Source: Escherichia phage UP19
Direction: 5' to 3' (one strand)
Sequence record: OX638288
DNA: 64,000 bases
The notes beneath the pieces were generated by a model. That model saw only the letters and a list, made by a program, of their open reading frames with translations. It was not told the DNA's origin and did not search any database. Shown piece after piece: positions 51,357-61,632 of the stretch. Both the position numbers and the translations under genes were made by a program. Every line of letters begins with the position of its first letter. Positions within the stretch are counted from its first letter, which is position 1.

Positions 51357-52450
51357 TAGAATCCTTCCGTATAAAGTGAGCCACGGTTCAAAGTAATGAT
51401 TTCACGGAAAGTAACTTCTAAACTAAACGTGGATGGTAAGTTAGGAGCAATAGCCAAACCATTAAAATGTCCATCAGGAGTTTTATCAAATCGTATACTT
51501 TGGATTTGGCACGGTCCAAAAATATCTTCACGTCCGTCATATGAACTTGTATTACCAAAGTTTCGAATATACCAAATAGTTGGGTTACTTACCACAATAA
51601 CATTAGAAAGGAAACTTGTGATACCTTCTCCTAATAGCTTACCATCAAAGTTATCAATAGCTTCTTTTTTAAACGTGGAACGGTACCATGTATCAATCTT
51701 CTCTTTTAATTCGCCGGCGAAGGCAGAGTTGCCTGTTTCACCATAAGAATAGTAATTAAAGATTTCATATATTTTAATAATCTGAATAAGGTCTTGGGCG
51801 TTTCTAGGGGTCATTTCCCAAGTGAATACCTTAGTACGGTTATCTGGCCCTGCATACATACTACGTGCGGTTGTGTATATTTGCTCACCAGAATCGGCCA
51901 TTACACCGTTAGTTACAGATTCCAATGCACCAAATACAGCAGTACTGGCAACGTTACTCAAAATACCCGTAGCAGTACCACCACCTTTAGTGATTAATGA
52001 TTCGCCTACATCATTAAATTTATGCGTAACCGAATCAACATCAGATTTAGAACGTGGGAGCAAAATATTGGCTAAAGCCTGGCTATCAAATTTAACTCCT
52101 TTAGAGTTGTTACTAAACAGGTTTTTAACAGCACTGAACCCACCGGTATTACCGGTAAGTTTACCTGCAGCTTTTGAAAACTTTTTAGTCATTTGGCTCG
52201 AGCGGTCGTTACGTAAATCAGGTGATACGCGAGAGCTAAAATTATATGCCGTAAAAAGTAATCCATTTTTATATAAATCGTTTAACACCATATCTGTAGA
52301 GGTATCATTGCCCGAGGCCCTTTCGGCTGGATACTGGGCAGTTACCGTAGTTTGGGCCGGTTTAGCTTTAGATTGGCCTGCGGAGGTTTTTGAACCTCCT
52401 TTAAATAAGGAGGCTACGTCAATGTCAATTTCTTTTACTTTCATTATCAA
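51356..52450 (-). CDS. 48: gp48 baseplate tail-tube junction protein
   Basis: 364 aa (T4 gp48 364 aa); synteny. Confidence 0.8.
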   Translation of the reverse strand: MIMKVKEIDIDVASLFKGGSKTSAGQSKAKPAQTTVTAQYPAERASGNDTSTDMVLNDLYKNGLLFTAYNFSSRVSPDLRNDRSSQMTKKFSKAAGKLTGNTGGFSAVKNLFSNNSKGVKFDSQALANILLPRSKSDVDSVTHKFNDVGESLITKGGGTATGILSNVASTAVFGALESVTNGVMADSGEQIYTTARSMYAGPDNRTKVFTWEMTPRNAQDLIQIIKIYEIFNYYSYGETGNSAFAGELKEKIDTWYRSTFKKEAIDNFDGKLLGEGITSFLSNVIVVSNPTIWYIRNFGNTSSYDGREDIFGPCQIQSIRFDKTPDGHFNGLAIAPNLPSTFSLEVTFREIITLNRGSLYTEGF

Positions 52451-52452
52451 TC

Positions 52453-54189
52453 CTAATTAACTTTAGTAGCTTGACGCATACCAGGAGCAGGAGTGGAAGA
52501 CTGAGGCGGCAAATTATAACTAGTCTTACTCGTTTTCTTGATATTCGTTTGCTGATTTATTTGAGTTGGAGCTTGCTGACTATATTTAGCATTTTCCTTT
52601 GCTCTCATTTGCTCGTCAACCTTTTTAACCTGGGTATTTTCAGGAGATTCCGCTACAGAAGCAGGTTTAGGCTTTTCAGCTTCGTTAAATTTCTCTAAAG
52701 ATTTATTCATCTTATCAAGTAATTGCTGGATATTAAGGTCTTTCGGTGCTCCACCTTTAGCCATAATAGGGTCAGCTAATTGTTTCTCGATATCCGCTTT
52801 AAATGCCTTAGCATTTTCGATATCTTTAGAATCGGGCTTCATTATATTATCGGCGGTTTGGGTTAAACGGATAATATCAGCCTGAGCTTTATCACGTTTC
52901 TTAAAATACTCTAAACGTTCTTCTTCAGGGAGGTCACGGAAGCTTGTGTCAATTCCGCCAGCGCGTAATTGGTCGGCTTGTTCTTTAGTAAGGTTACCGT
53001 ATTTCTCTGCCTGGTTTATAAGCTCAGGTTTACCCTTATACTTCTTATTCATTTTCTCGGCTGTTTCTAAAGCCTCAGCTGAACGTCTATCATGGTACTT
53101 GGCTACTTTAGTTTGGTCTTCGTCATCTAAAGTGGCTCCGGTATTTTGTTGATACGACATTAAAGCGGATGCCTCTACGTTTTCAGCCAAATCACCCATA
53201 CCAGGTATTTTACTTAAAATAGCAGAAATCAATTTAGAAATACCGAGCATTAACAGTTGTGCCATATTTTTGGTAAGATTAACCATACCGCGAATAATAG
53301 CTTCTGCCAGACCTAGCCAATTTCTTTCGCTAAACATAGCTTCAGCATTCTTGGCCCAGGTCATTAAGCCTTCAAGTACGGGTCCCCACTCTTTAAACTT
53401 ATCGTTAAATTTTTTCCATCCTTCATTAAATTGGTCCATGAAATATTGGAAGTATACACGAATAGCATCTATACCAAATATTAAAAGGGCTAGGCCTGCA
53501 GCCAGTTTAGCGGCTTCTGCAGCAGCAGTAATAGTATACTTAAAAAGCATACCTGAAATTCTATCAGCCACGCCCACAGAGGCTTTAAATCCTTTTTCGG
53601 TTATTTTTGTAAGGGCTTCGATTTTATCAGAAAGAGAAGACTTGTCACCTTCTTTACCTTCATTTGAATTTTTAGGAGGTTCTGGTACAAATTCAGCGTC
53701 AGGTTTATTATCTTCAGGCGGAAGAATATCTTCAATAACAGCAGGAACTTTAGGAGTTTCAGCCTTAGGTTCTTCAGGAATAGAGTCTTCAATAACCTTT
53801 AACGAGCTCCCTTCCGGCGGAATAGAAATACCAGAGAATTTAGCCTCCAACATATTAGAAAGCTTATTAATCTTTTCGTTTAATGCATCCGAAAGAGCTT
53901 TAGATTGTTGGGTTTGTTCTGATATAGCTTCGGCCGTTAATTCTGTTCCGGCGACAACATCTTGAACACTTTTATCTACTCGGTCTATAGAATTAATAAT
54001 CTGATTAGACTTTGTTTCAACAACTTCAGAGAGCAATTCAGACGCCGCCTGGGTTTCTGATAAAGCTTCTGTTATATTTCCTAATTCGTCGTTCTGGGTT
54101 TGGGCTAGCGCCTCAGCACGACGCTGAGGAGCCATTTCTTCAATCAGTTTATTGCGACGAAAACTATTCTGATTAGATTCATTCTTCAT
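52453..54189 (-). CDS. 29: gp29 tail length tape-measure / baseplate hub protein
   Basis: 578 aa (T4 gp29 590 aa); long coiled-coil-rich sequence; synteny. Confidence 0.8.
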   Translation of the reverse strand: MKNESNQNSFRRNKLIEEMAPQRRAEALAQTQNDELGNITEALSETQAASELLSEVVETKSNQIINSIDRVDKSVQDVVAGTELTAEAISEQTQQSKALSDALNEKINKLSNMLEAKFSGISIPPEGSSLKVIEDSIPEEPKAETPKVPAVIEDILPPEDNKPDAEFVPEPPKNSNEGKEGDKSSLSDKIEALTKITEKGFKASVGVADRISGMLFKYTITAAAEAAKLAAGLALLIFGIDAIRVYFQYFMDQFNEGWKKFNDKFKEWGPVLEGLMTWAKNAEAMFSERNWLGLAEAIIRGMVNLTKNMAQLLMLGISKLISAILSKIPGMGDLAENVEASALMSYQQNTGATLDDEDQTKVAKYHDRRSAEALETAEKMNKKYKGKPELINQAEKYGNLTKEQADQLRAGGIDTSFRDLPEEERLEYFKKRDKAQADIIRLTQTADNIMKPDSKDIENAKAFKADIEKQLADPIMAKGGAPKDLNIQQLLDKMNKSLEKFNEAEKPKPASVAESPENTQVKKVDEQMRAKENAKYSQQAPTQINQQTNIKKTSKTSYNLPPQSSTPAPGMRQATKVN

Positions 54190-54700
54190 TTAAGATATCC
54201 ATGATTTTAAGCAATCCTTTAATAGGACCATTAGGACCAGGGATAGCTACAGTAGAAGTTATATCGTCGGCCCATGTAGCAACAAAGGCAGGCATATCCA
54301 GAAAATCTGGTACATCGTCCCCAAGGTAAAGGGATTGTAGTACACTATCAACAGGACCAAATGTTTGGAACGGTTCATGTGATTTAAATTTAAATGTTTT
54401 ACCTTGGAATTGGAATTCAAGACGTTGGCAGATATAAAGGTCATTTAGGTTATACGTAAACCCGTCCTTAGTTACCTTTTCTTTCAACCGTCCGTTGAAT
54501 TCTAAAAGATGAAGAGCAGCGAAATCGGTTTCGGCTGCAGTTAAACCCTTATAAATGGAACTCATTAATATATGAAGAGCTTTATAAGGGTCTTTTTCAT
54601 CTTTGACCAATTTTTGGTGTTTAAGACCCAATTTAGGAATGGAAATCTCTTTATCACCCAGCGTTATTTTCTTGATCGGGAGTATCAGTTTTAAGTTCAT
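54179..54700 (-). CDS. 28: gp28 baseplate hub distal subunit
   Basis: 173 aa from internal ATG (T4 gp28 177 aa); overlaps 3' end of gene 27 out of frame; ORF track 54179..54742. Confidence 0.65.
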   Translation of the reverse strand: MNLKLILPIKKITLGDKEISIPKLGLKHQKLVKDEKDPYKALHILMSSIYKGLTAAETDFAALHLLEFNGRLKEKVTKDGFTYNLNDLYICQRLEFQFQGKTFKFKSHEPFQTFGPVDSVLQSLYLGDDVPDFLDMPAFVATWADDITSTVAIPGPNGPIKGLLKIMDILNEE

Positions 54701-55823
54701 TTTTAACCTTCGGTGGCTCTTCAATCTTAATAGGCTTACCATTAGTAAACATATAAAGGTTTGTAATTGATGTATTGTTACTCACTTCATGAATAACTTC
54801 GTCTACATAAAAATCGTATTGGAATTGGTTTTTAGGGTCATAAAAATTAATCTTATCACCCGGAGTTAATTCAAAGTTCCCGTATACCTTGCAATGAGCG
54901 TACCCATCATACTGGGCCATTGTAACTAATCTATCAGCTTCTTCAAATCCATTTCGGTAGGTATAATCGGAATAACCACCAGAGCGAGAAACCAGTATAC
55001 TGTTTTGCCCATCACCAAAAGTAATTCGTGTGGCGTTTTTATCTAGGAACGAATGGGCGTATACTGTAGCATTTTCGTAAGGTTTTCGGGTATGTTGGTT
55101 AGCTTTAGTTAACCACTCAAAATCAAATGCAATAGGAGTATCCATATCTTGGACATATTGGCCTATTAAACGAGGCTCACCAACCACAAAATTGATAGGC
55201 TCCTGATTAACCATAAATTCGTAGTCCATAATAGAAATACCATCTATATCTTCCCAGACAAATACAAATTTATCGGATTCAACAGCCATACCAACTTCTC
55301 GTACAAATTCCATATATCTGTCCATAGAATCACACCACGGAACATTAGGAACATAAACGTTTATCCCGTTCAATGGAGGTGCAAGGAGTGGTCGGTCCTG
55401 GTAAATAACACCAATCATTTCTGTTAATGTTTCTTGAACACTAGGGAAGAACATACGTCCGAATTTAAGATTTTCTAAAAAGTGGATAGGGGCGAGTTGT
55501 ATTGTTATGATATTGTCGCCCTTAGAATCCACCCCTACTGCAAAGTGCTTACTTCCGTAAATTCTTGATTGGGTACGTTCCGAGTTGGCATTCTTAACAG
55601 AAACTTGGATAATTTGTTCACCATCCATTTTAGTATGAAGGTTTTTTGCATCATAAAACTGGAGCAATCCTTCATTATTACCATAAAGACCATCTCGCAT
55701 TGTTAGGGTAGTAAATGTTGCGCCTAGTTCAACAAAACGATGCTCTAACCAGGCGTCATAATCTTCGTAAAGGCGTATACTAATATTAGGAAAGCCTTCA
55801 CGCTGCATAGTTTTTGAACTCAT
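54654..55823 (-). CDS. 27: gp27 baseplate hub subunit
   Basis: 389 aa (T4 gp27 391 aa); synteny. Confidence 0.85.
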   Translation of the reverse strand: MSSKTMQREGFPNISIRLYEDYDAWLEHRFVELGATFTTLTMRDGLYGNNEGLLQFYDAKNLHTKMDGEQIIQVSVKNANSERTQSRIYGSKHFAVGVDSKGDNIITIQLAPIHFLENLKFGRMFFPSVQETLTEMIGVIYQDRPLLAPPLNGINVYVPNVPWCDSMDRYMEFVREVGMAVESDKFVFVWEDIDGISIMDYEFMVNQEPINFVVGEPRLIGQYVQDMDTPIAFDFEWLTKANQHTRKPYENATVYAHSFLDKNATRITFGDGQNSILVSRSGGYSDYTYRNGFEEADRLVTMAQYDGYAHCKVYGNFELTPGDKINFYDPKNQFQYDFYVDEVIHEVSNNTSITNLYMFTNGKPIKIEEPPKVKNELKTDTPDQENNAG

Positions 55824-56572
55824 TTCTTAAGGTCCTTTTCAACCAAAGACAAAGCAATACCGCGTTCGATTGGAATCATCTGCATAATGCTTTCTAATGA
55901 ATAATTGTTCTTTACCAGTAAATGGTTTATTTGGTAAAATAAAAATATCTCATCCGGATTGACTATAAGTTTAAACACTTCTAAAATGTCAGTGTATGTA
56001 ATTGTTCTACGATTACAGCATCCATATTTGAGCTCGAAATGAATAGGGCTTGTTTGTTTGACTATATCCTCTAAAGTAGATAAGTCTATAGCATCTATTA
56101 CGGCTAACTGGTCTTCTTCAGAAAGGTCTGTCCAGTTATAAACCCCATTTTCATCTTCTACTGACTGGATGGTATTCAAAATCAATTCAGATTTATCATG
56201 ATATTCTATTTCAGGGAATTTGAATGTCAATTTCAAGCCAGCCACTTCAATTGTAGGGTTATCTAACTTGGTCTGCTTCAAATTGAATAAAACTTGTCTA
56301 TCCTTTTCACACTTACTGCAAGTGTATCGGATAGGAATTTTGGTCTTGCCGAGAGATGACGTATACAATTCAATAAACATGTATGGACGCCATGACACAG
56401 GGTACTCACCAAAGTATTCTTCCAGTAACTCATCTAAAATTTGTTTTTGCTCTTCAGGTGATTTATTATTCATATCATTTCGAATCAAAATAAAATCACG
56501 ATAATCAGCTACTGTAAAAGGTTTAAATCGGTGGACTCCATCAGGCATTTCGCAACGTACTATATTAGCCAT
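55820..56572 (-). CDS. 51: gp51 baseplate hub assembly catalyst
   Basis: 250 aa from ATG 56572 with AGAGGA ribosome-binding site and upstream TATAAATA (T4 gp51 249 aa); ORF track starts at TTG 56623. Confidence 0.7.
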   Translation of the reverse strand: MANIVRCEMPDGVHRFKPFTVADYRDFILIRNDMNNKSPEEQKQILDELLEEYFGEYPVSWRPYMFIELYTSSLGKTKIPIRYTCSKCEKDRQVLFNLKQTKLDNPTIEVAGLKLTFKFPEIEYHDKSELILNTIQSVEDENGVYNWTDLSEEDQLAVIDAIDLSTLEDIVKQTSPIHFELKYGCCNRRTITYTDILEVFKLIVNPDEIFLFYQINHLLVKNNYSLESIMQMIPIERGIALSLVEKDLKK

Positions 56573-56592
56573 AAGGTATCCTCTTATTGATG

Positions 56593-56604
56593 TATTTATA
56601 AATA
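56593..56604. promoter_or_regulatory. overlapping divergent late promoters (TATAAATA on both strands) for genes 51 and 26
   Basis: forward TATTTATAAATA: TATAAATA at 56597..56604 (+) and reverse complement of 56593..56600 (-). Confidence 0.6.
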
Positions 56605-56622
56605 AGCTTAAAGGAGAAGACA

Positions 56623-57246
56623 ATGAATTATACTTTTGACGTAAAAATTAAAAACAAGACCATAAAATGCAGAGCATTTACCCTCAGAGAGTATAAGGAC
56701 TTGCTCCAAGCTAAATTAGAAGACAGAATAGAGCCCTTTATCAATGAACTCATTTTGAATTGCACAGATGCTCGTGGTTTAAACAAGCAAGAATCTGAGC
56801 TTCTGGTGATAAACCTGTGGGCTCATTCATTAGCTGAAGTGAATATAGAACGTGAGTGGGTTTGTAGTTGCGGTCGCTCACAGGTGGTCCCTATGACGTT
56901 AACTCGCGCTACATTAGGTAAAGAGCCTGATATTATTAAGGACTTCGGCAACTTTAAAATAGTGTTCAGATATCCTAAGCTCTTTGAAGACAAAAATAGG
57001 GCTATGATGGTTGCAGGATGTATCGATTATATTTTAACTTCTGCAGGCGAAAAGCTTCTTCTTTCTGATTTAAGTGATGCGGAACTAGACGACCTTTATT
57101 CTGTGATAACAGAAAAAGATGTAAAAGAAGTTTATGATGCTCTAGTCGCCCCTAAGCCTATTTTGGCCATACCTATTTCTTGTGAATGTGGTGAGCATAC
57201 CGTCCACGTTATTGAGGGACTTAAAGAGTTCTTTAAGGTGATGTAA
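56623..57246 (+). CDS. 26: gp26 baseplate hub subunit
   Basis: 207 aa (T4 gp26 208 aa); AAGGAGAAGA ribosome-binding site; synteny. Confidence 0.75.
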   Translation: MNYTFDVKIKNKTIKCRAFTLREYKDLLQAKLEDRIEPFINELILNCTDARGLNKQESELLVINLWAHSLAEVNIEREWVCSCGRSQVVPMTLTRATLGKEPDIIKDFGNFKIVFRYPKLFEDKNRAMMVAGCIDYILTSAGEKLLLSDLSDAELDDLYSVITEKDVKEVYDALVAPKPILAIPISCECGEHTVHVIEGLKEFFKVM

Positions 57247-57635
57247 TGAATATCGATAAAATGTATTCAGATTTGGACCCTGAAATGAGGACGTCTTGGA
57301 ATAGAGACGTCGCTAAAGCTACAGGGGCCCGTGCAGTAAAAAATAGTTTGTTAGGCATTATTACTACTCGTAAGGGTTCTCGCCCTTTTATGCCTGAATT
57401 TGGTTGTGATATCAGTAATCAACTATTTGAAAATATTACCCCATTAATCACGGATACCATTAAGCGTAATATAGTTTCCGCCGTGCGGAACTTCGAACCC
57501 AGAATTTCTGCTCTTGCCGTAGGAGTTACCCCTGTTTATGATGACAACTCTATTATAGTAACCGTCCAGTTTAGTATTGTTGATGACCCGGATACATTAG
57601 AGCAAATTAGAATCCAGCTCTCACAGAGTGGTTAA
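57246..57635 (+). CDS. 25: gp25 baseplate wedge subunit (gpW / lysozyme-like fold)
   Basis: 129 aa; ...LLGIITTRKGSRPF.PEFGCD...QLFEN..PL..DT..RNI.SAVRN.EPRI... matches recalled T4 gp25. Confidence 0.9.
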   Translation: MNIDKMYSDLDPEMRTSWNRDVAKATGARAVKNSLLGIITTRKGSRPFMPEFGCDISNQLFENITPLITDTIKRNIVSAVRNFEPRISALAVGVTPVYDDNSIIVTVQFSIVDDPDTLEQIRIQLSQSG

Positions 57636-57693
57636 TTGCTGTTCAAATGAATAGTGTATAATGGTCCTATGGTTATTACACAGGAAACATGCG

Positions 57694-58131
57694 ATGAGTA
57701 AAGAGATTGAATATAAATTGGAATCATTCCAAGATGCATTGGATGAAGATTTAAAGATTGATGGGACTCGTTTACAGTATGAAGTACAGAACAACGTTTT
57801 GCTGCACAGCAAATGGCTAAGGCTGTATACGAATTGTAAGAAAGAGATAATGCGATTAGAAATCCAGAAAAAGACCTCTCTTAAGAAGCGTTTAGATTTC
57901 TACACGGGACGTGGAGAGCCTGGTGATGAGGTTTGTATGGACCAATACGAGAAGTCAGAATTAAAGACCGTAATGGCCGCAGATTCTAGCGTGATTAAAA
58001 TAGATACATCAATCCAGTATTGGGCTTTATTACAGGACTTTTGTAGTTCAGCACTGGATGCAGTCAAAGCTAGAGGGTTCTCGTTAAAGAATATGTTGGA
58101 GCTCAGGAAATTTGAAGCAGGTGAAAAATGA
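57694..58131 (+). CDS. uvsY: UvsY recombination mediator
   Basis: ...KLQYE...WL.....KKE.LR.E.QKK..LK.RLD.Y.GRG...MD.YEKSE.KTV..AD..V.K.DTS.QYW..L.DFCS.ALDA.K.RGF matches recalled T4 UvsY; start at internal ATG of ORF 57661. Confidence 0.9.
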   Translation: MSKEIEYKLESFQDALDEDLKIDGTRLQYEVQNNVLLHSKWLRLYTNCKKEIMRLEIQKKTSLKKRLDFYTGRGEPGDEVCMDQYEKSELKTVMAADSSVIKIDTSIQYWALLQDFCSSALDAVKARGFSLKNMLELRKFEAGEK

Positions 58132-58226
58132 GACGTACTAAAAATACCAAACCCATTAAAGTAGATGCCGATAAGATGAAACTTCTCCAAGAATTCATTA
58201 ATGCCGCTTTAGCAAGTAATAAATAG
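58128..58226 (+). CDS. small ORF (32 aa) in the uvsY.-1 position
   Basis: ATGA-coupled to uvsY stop; MRRTKNTKPIKVDADKMKLLQEFINAALASNK. Confidence 0.35.
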   Translation: MRRTKNTKPIKVDADKMKLLQEFINAALASNK

Positions 58227-58254
58227 ATATGTAAGTTAAACTAAGGAGACAATC

Positions 58255-58422
58255 ATGTCAGATAAGATTTGCGTTGTCTGTAAAACTCCAATCGATGCTG
58301 CATTGGTTGTTGAAACAGAAAAAGGTCCGGTTCATCCGGGTTCATGTTATAATTACGTTCAAAGCCTGCCTGTTACGGAAAACACTGAAGAACAGCTGAA
58401 CGAAACCCAATTACTACTTTAG
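58255..58422 (+). CDS. small Cys-containing protein (55 aa) in the uvsY.-2 position
   Basis: strong AAGGAGA ribosome-binding site; MSDKICVVCKTPIDAALVVETEKGPVHPGSCYNY...; followed by terminator. Confidence 0.5.
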   Translation: MSDKICVVCKTPIDAALVVETEKGPVHPGSCYNYVQSLPVTENTEEQLNETQLLL

Positions 58423-58452
58423 TCTAGTGTGTATAGCCATTTTATGGTTATT

Positions 58453-58481
58453 GGCCCTTCCGAAAGGTTGGGCCTTTTTTG
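58453..58481 (+). terminator. intrinsic terminator
   Basis: GGCCCTTCC-GAAA-GGTTGGGCC followed by TTTTTT. Confidence 0.7.
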
Positions 58482-58483
58482 TT

Positions 58484-58711
58484 TTAGAACTCTTCTTGCT
58501 CTTCGTCATCCATAGATTCCAATTCAGCTCGTTTACCTGCTAAGGCATCACGAACACTGATATCGTCCGAATCTCGAAGTTCAGCTTCTTTACTACGAGT
58601 TTTGTAATACTTTTCCAATTCCTTCAAACCGTCCATGGTTTGACAAGAACTAATTTTAGACATGAAGCTCTCGATAGAGGCTTCATAGATAACTTCTTTA
58701 AAGGACTTCAT
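58484..58711 (-). CDS. hypothetical protein with acidic C-terminus
   Basis: 75 aa ORF downstream of HNH gene on minus strand. Confidence 0.45.
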   Translation of the reverse strand: MKSFKEVIYEASIESFMSKISSCQTMDGLKELEKYYKTRSKEAELRDSDDISVRDALAGKRAELESMDDEEQEEF

Positions 58712-59403
58712 AAATCCACCTGTTTCATTAAATTTCTGATTTTGTGACGAGAAAGACCCGTGGCTTCGGAAGCTTGTTTCATCGAGCCATATTCAACACC
58801 ATTTATAGTAACCTTTTTAGCTGCTGGGTTTTTAGATGGGTCTTTATATCTTTCTTTAGCTTTATCTGAAATTTTCTTAGAAGCTTCTGGCGTATGATTT
58901 TTACCATACATGCCGTTGCCAGCACCGGAATTTCTTTCAGATATAGCTTGACATTGTTCTTGCATGTATTTATAAGGATTCGCTTTTTTAGTTGCGGATA
59001 TTTTATCGCCCCATAAAATAGGCCTACCTTTAAATAAATTGCTCATGTATTCTTTATGGGCTTCAGTGTGGTGCTTACCATAAAATGGATTTCCTTCGCC
59101 AGTCTGAAGAATTGCCAATTGTCTACGTTCCCACCCGTATGATTTACTAAATTGTCTTTTATGGGTCCTGGAACTCATACCCATAGAAATAACAGCTTTT
59201 ATGAGACCGTAGTTATTTGGATAAATTTTAGCCAGTAATTTATGAGCTATAAAATGTTCTTCTGGGGTAAGGCGTACTCTATTTTCCCGAGTATCGGGCC
59301 CGCCCATACAAGTCGGGATTATATGATGGGACTCGGTGTACCCGAGAGGTTTAGAAGCCTTTCGGCTTCTAATTAAATTGTCATAAATCTTTTGATAATT
59401 CAA
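58708..59403 (-). CDS. HNH homing endonuclease with NUMOD3-like repeats and C-terminal DNA-binding region
   Basis: 231 aa; HNH core ...ESHHIIP...GGPD...N...LT.EEH...H; two ...GxxNPFYGKHHTEAHK.../...GNGMYGKNHTPEASKK... NUMOD3-like repeats; C-terminal HTH-like ...ASEATGLSRHKIRNLMKQ. Confidence 0.8.
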   Translation of the reverse strand: MNYQKIYDNLIRSRKASKPLGYTESHHIIPTCMGGPDTRENRVRLTPEEHFIAHKLLAKIYPNNYGLIKAVISMGMSSRTHKRQFSKSYGWERRQLAILQTGEGNPFYGKHHTEAHKEYMSNLFKGRPILWGDKISATKKANPYKYMQEQCQAISERNSGAGNGMYGKNHTPEASKKISDKAKERYKDPSKNPAAKKVTINGVEYGSMKQASEATGLSRHKIRNLMKQVDL

Positions 59404-60896
59404 ATTTGGACCTCTTTCATTACGTAATTAAAACGTTCATCTGCGTAACGTTGAATACGTTCAAGACCATGTTTAAGAGCGTAGTTTAAATGAACATATT
59501 TCTTTTTAGCCATAGATGATTTAGGTTTCACACCCATATCATCAATAATATCAAATACCTGGGCTGTTGATTTGGAAGCATGCTTACGTAGTACACGACC
59601 TATGGTCTGAAGTACAATAATTTTTGATTTTACCGGATGAGCAAATACAACATGGTGAAGGTTCTTAACGGAAATACCAGTAGAGAACACACCGTAACTT
59701 GCCACAACAATAATACCCTTACCATTTTCCGCCATTACTTTCAGAGCATTACGCGTTTCGGTATTAACTTCACCTGATACGTAATAAACTTCTTTATGTT
59801 GCTCTTTAACCATTTCAAAAAGAGTTTTACCGTGTTCGATGTTTTTAAACATCAGGAATACATTCTCTTCTTTCTTAGCGAGTTTAACAGCTAAATTAGC
59901 AACCCATTTATTACGACGAGTAGCCTTAGTAATGACCTTTATTTCTGATTGATAATCTTTACCTTTCATCTTAACAGTGAATTCATCCGGATAACGAAGG
60001 AAAATACTGTTGATTTTAAGGTCTGTAACCTGTCCTTCTTCCATTAACTGCGAAGTGGATACCGGCTTAAACACATCACCAAACAAACCCATATATTGCA
60101 TTAAATTAGCTTTACCGTCTTTTAAAGAACCGGACAAACCGAATTTAAACATACAGTTGGTTAGGCCTTCGATGATGGTAGAAATTGATTTACCTGTCGC
60201 CAAATGGCATTCGTCATTCATAAACATACCAAACTGAGCAAACCATTCTTTAGGTTGTTTAATAGCCGTTTGATAAGTTGAAACATAAATCATTGCATCG
60301 GAATCACGTGCAGTACCTGAACGAATACCAAGCATAGCAGCTTTAGGGAACAAACGATAATCGATGAAGTCATTAATCATCTGGTCAACAAGGGCAGTAG
60401 TAGGAACTAAAATAAGGATTTTACCTTCATAGTTCTCAACATAATATCGACTCAGGAGCGCCTGAATCAATGATTTACCTGCGGATGTAGGTAAATTCAG
60501 AATTGCGCGACGTTTTGTCAGACCGTTGTATACGGCTTCATTCTGATACCAATGTGGCTCAATCTTGGTAGAACCCGAATAAATCTCTTGTGAGGCTACC
60601 CATGAGTCAAAATCTTCGCGAGAAATATCTTCCTGTTCAAGAATACGTGGGTCAATCCACAGAGAGTATTCAAACTGGTCAGCGAATTTTTTAATTTGTG
60701 GGACTAGACCATACGGAAGTTTACGGTTATAATCTAGAAGACGAATTCTCCCGTCCCATTGCCCGTACCGGTATTTAGGGTTAAATTTATATCCATCAGC
60801 TTCAAAGCTGAAATAGTCTCTGAGTTCGTAGAAGGTGGATTCATCACACTCAATACGAACATGACTAAAATTATCAAAATGTACTTGAATTTGCAT
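59400..60896 (-). CDS. uvsW: UvsW SF2 DNA helicase
   Basis: 498 aa (T4 UvsW 502 aa); helicase motifs LPTSAGKS, MNDECH; high similarity along recalled T4 UvsW. Confidence 0.95.
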   Translation of the reverse strand: MQIQVHFDNFSHVRIECDESTFYELRDYFSFEADGYKFNPKYRYGQWDGRIRLLDYNRKLPYGLVPQIKKFADQFEYSLWIDPRILEQEDISREDFDSWVASQEIYSGSTKIEPHWYQNEAVYNGLTKRRAILNLPTSAGKSLIQALLSRYYVENYEGKILILVPTTALVDQMINDFIDYRLFPKAAMLGIRSGTARDSDAMIYVSTYQTAIKQPKEWFAQFGMFMNDECHLATGKSISTIIEGLTNCMFKFGLSGSLKDGKANLMQYMGLFGDVFKPVSTSQLMEEGQVTDLKINSIFLRYPDEFTVKMKGKDYQSEIKVITKATRRNKWVANLAVKLAKKEENVFLMFKNIEHGKTLFEMVKEQHKEVYYVSGEVNTETRNALKVMAENGKGIIVVASYGVFSTGISVKNLHHVVFAHPVKSKIIVLQTIGRVLRKHASKSTAQVFDIIDDMGVKPKSSMAKKKYVHLNYALKHGLERIQRYADERFNYVMKEVQI

Positions 60897-60910
60897 GTCT
60901 AATTCTCAGT

Positions 60911-60932
60911 TATAAATATAACTATATTTATA
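60911..60932. promoter_or_regulatory. divergent late promoters (TATAAATA on both strands) for uvsW (-) and downstream + strand gene
   Basis: forward TATAAATA 60911..60918; reverse complement of 60925..60932 is TATAAATA. Confidence 0.55.
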
Positions 60933-60951
60933 CACCAACAAGAGACTAATT

Positions 60952-61623
60952 ATGGATACTCAATATATTGAAGAGCTTCGTGCACTCGAAGATAAAAAAG
61001 AAGCTAAAGCTAAGTTAATCGAATACGGCGAACAGTTCGGTTTAAAACTTAAGAAAACCCGTTCGTTTGATAATTTGGTTATCGATATCTCTGAAGGCCT
61101 TAAAGCCTTGGCTGATGAACCACATCCAGAAACCGAAGGTTTGTCTATTTCTGATTTGATTGATGCTGCCGACGAACTAACAGGCGCTAAAGAATTTGTT
61201 GATGGTGCTGAACCTGCCAAAGAAGAGGCTACCCTATTATTTGATGCCCCTGAAGCGGTAGTTGAAGTTATTGAGGTAGCCGAACTCCCTAAGGTAGAGA
61301 TTATTGAAGAAGATGTTCCTTTTGTCGAAGAGAAATTCAAAGAGGCTGTAGCCGAGGTTATTGAATCTGAAAAACCTGTATTCTCTTTGCCTGAAAACTT
61401 TAGTCCTAATCTTTTGCTTATTGGTAAAAACCCTGGTTACTGTACTGTTCCTTGGTGGATTTATCAATGGATTTCTGAAACCCCTGATTGGAAAGAACGT
61501 CCTAAAGATTTCCAACACCCTTCTGCCCACCAAACATTATTCAGTCTGATTTATTACATCAATCGTAATGGCTCAGTATTAGTACGTGAAACACGTAATT
61601 CATCTTTTGTAACTTTAAAATAA
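60952..61623 (+). CDS. hypothetical protein in the T4 inh position (possible prohead protease inhibitor; identity not confirmed)
   Basis: 223 aa; acidic central region; position between uvsW and hoc. Confidence 0.4.
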   Translation: MDTQYIEELRALEDKKEAKAKLIEYGEQFGLKLKKTRSFDNLVIDISEGLKALADEPHPETEGLSISDLIDAADELTGAKEFVDGAEPAKEEATLLFDAPEAVVEVIEVAELPKVEIIEEDVPFVEEKFKEAVAEVIESEKPVFSLPENFSPNLLLIGKNPGYCTVPWWIYQWISETPDWKERPKDFQHPSAHQTLFSLIYYINRNGSVLVRETRNSSFVTLK

Positions 61624-61632
61624 GGGTAAACT

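Noticed and set aside
51822-52460. 212-aa ORF on + strand
   Set aside because: Antisense to gene 48 coding sequence; no ribosome-binding site; shadow ORF.
53270-53965. 231-aa ORF on + strand
   Set aside because: Lies antisense inside gene 29; low-complexity translation, no ribosome-binding site; shadow ORF of a conserved structural gene.
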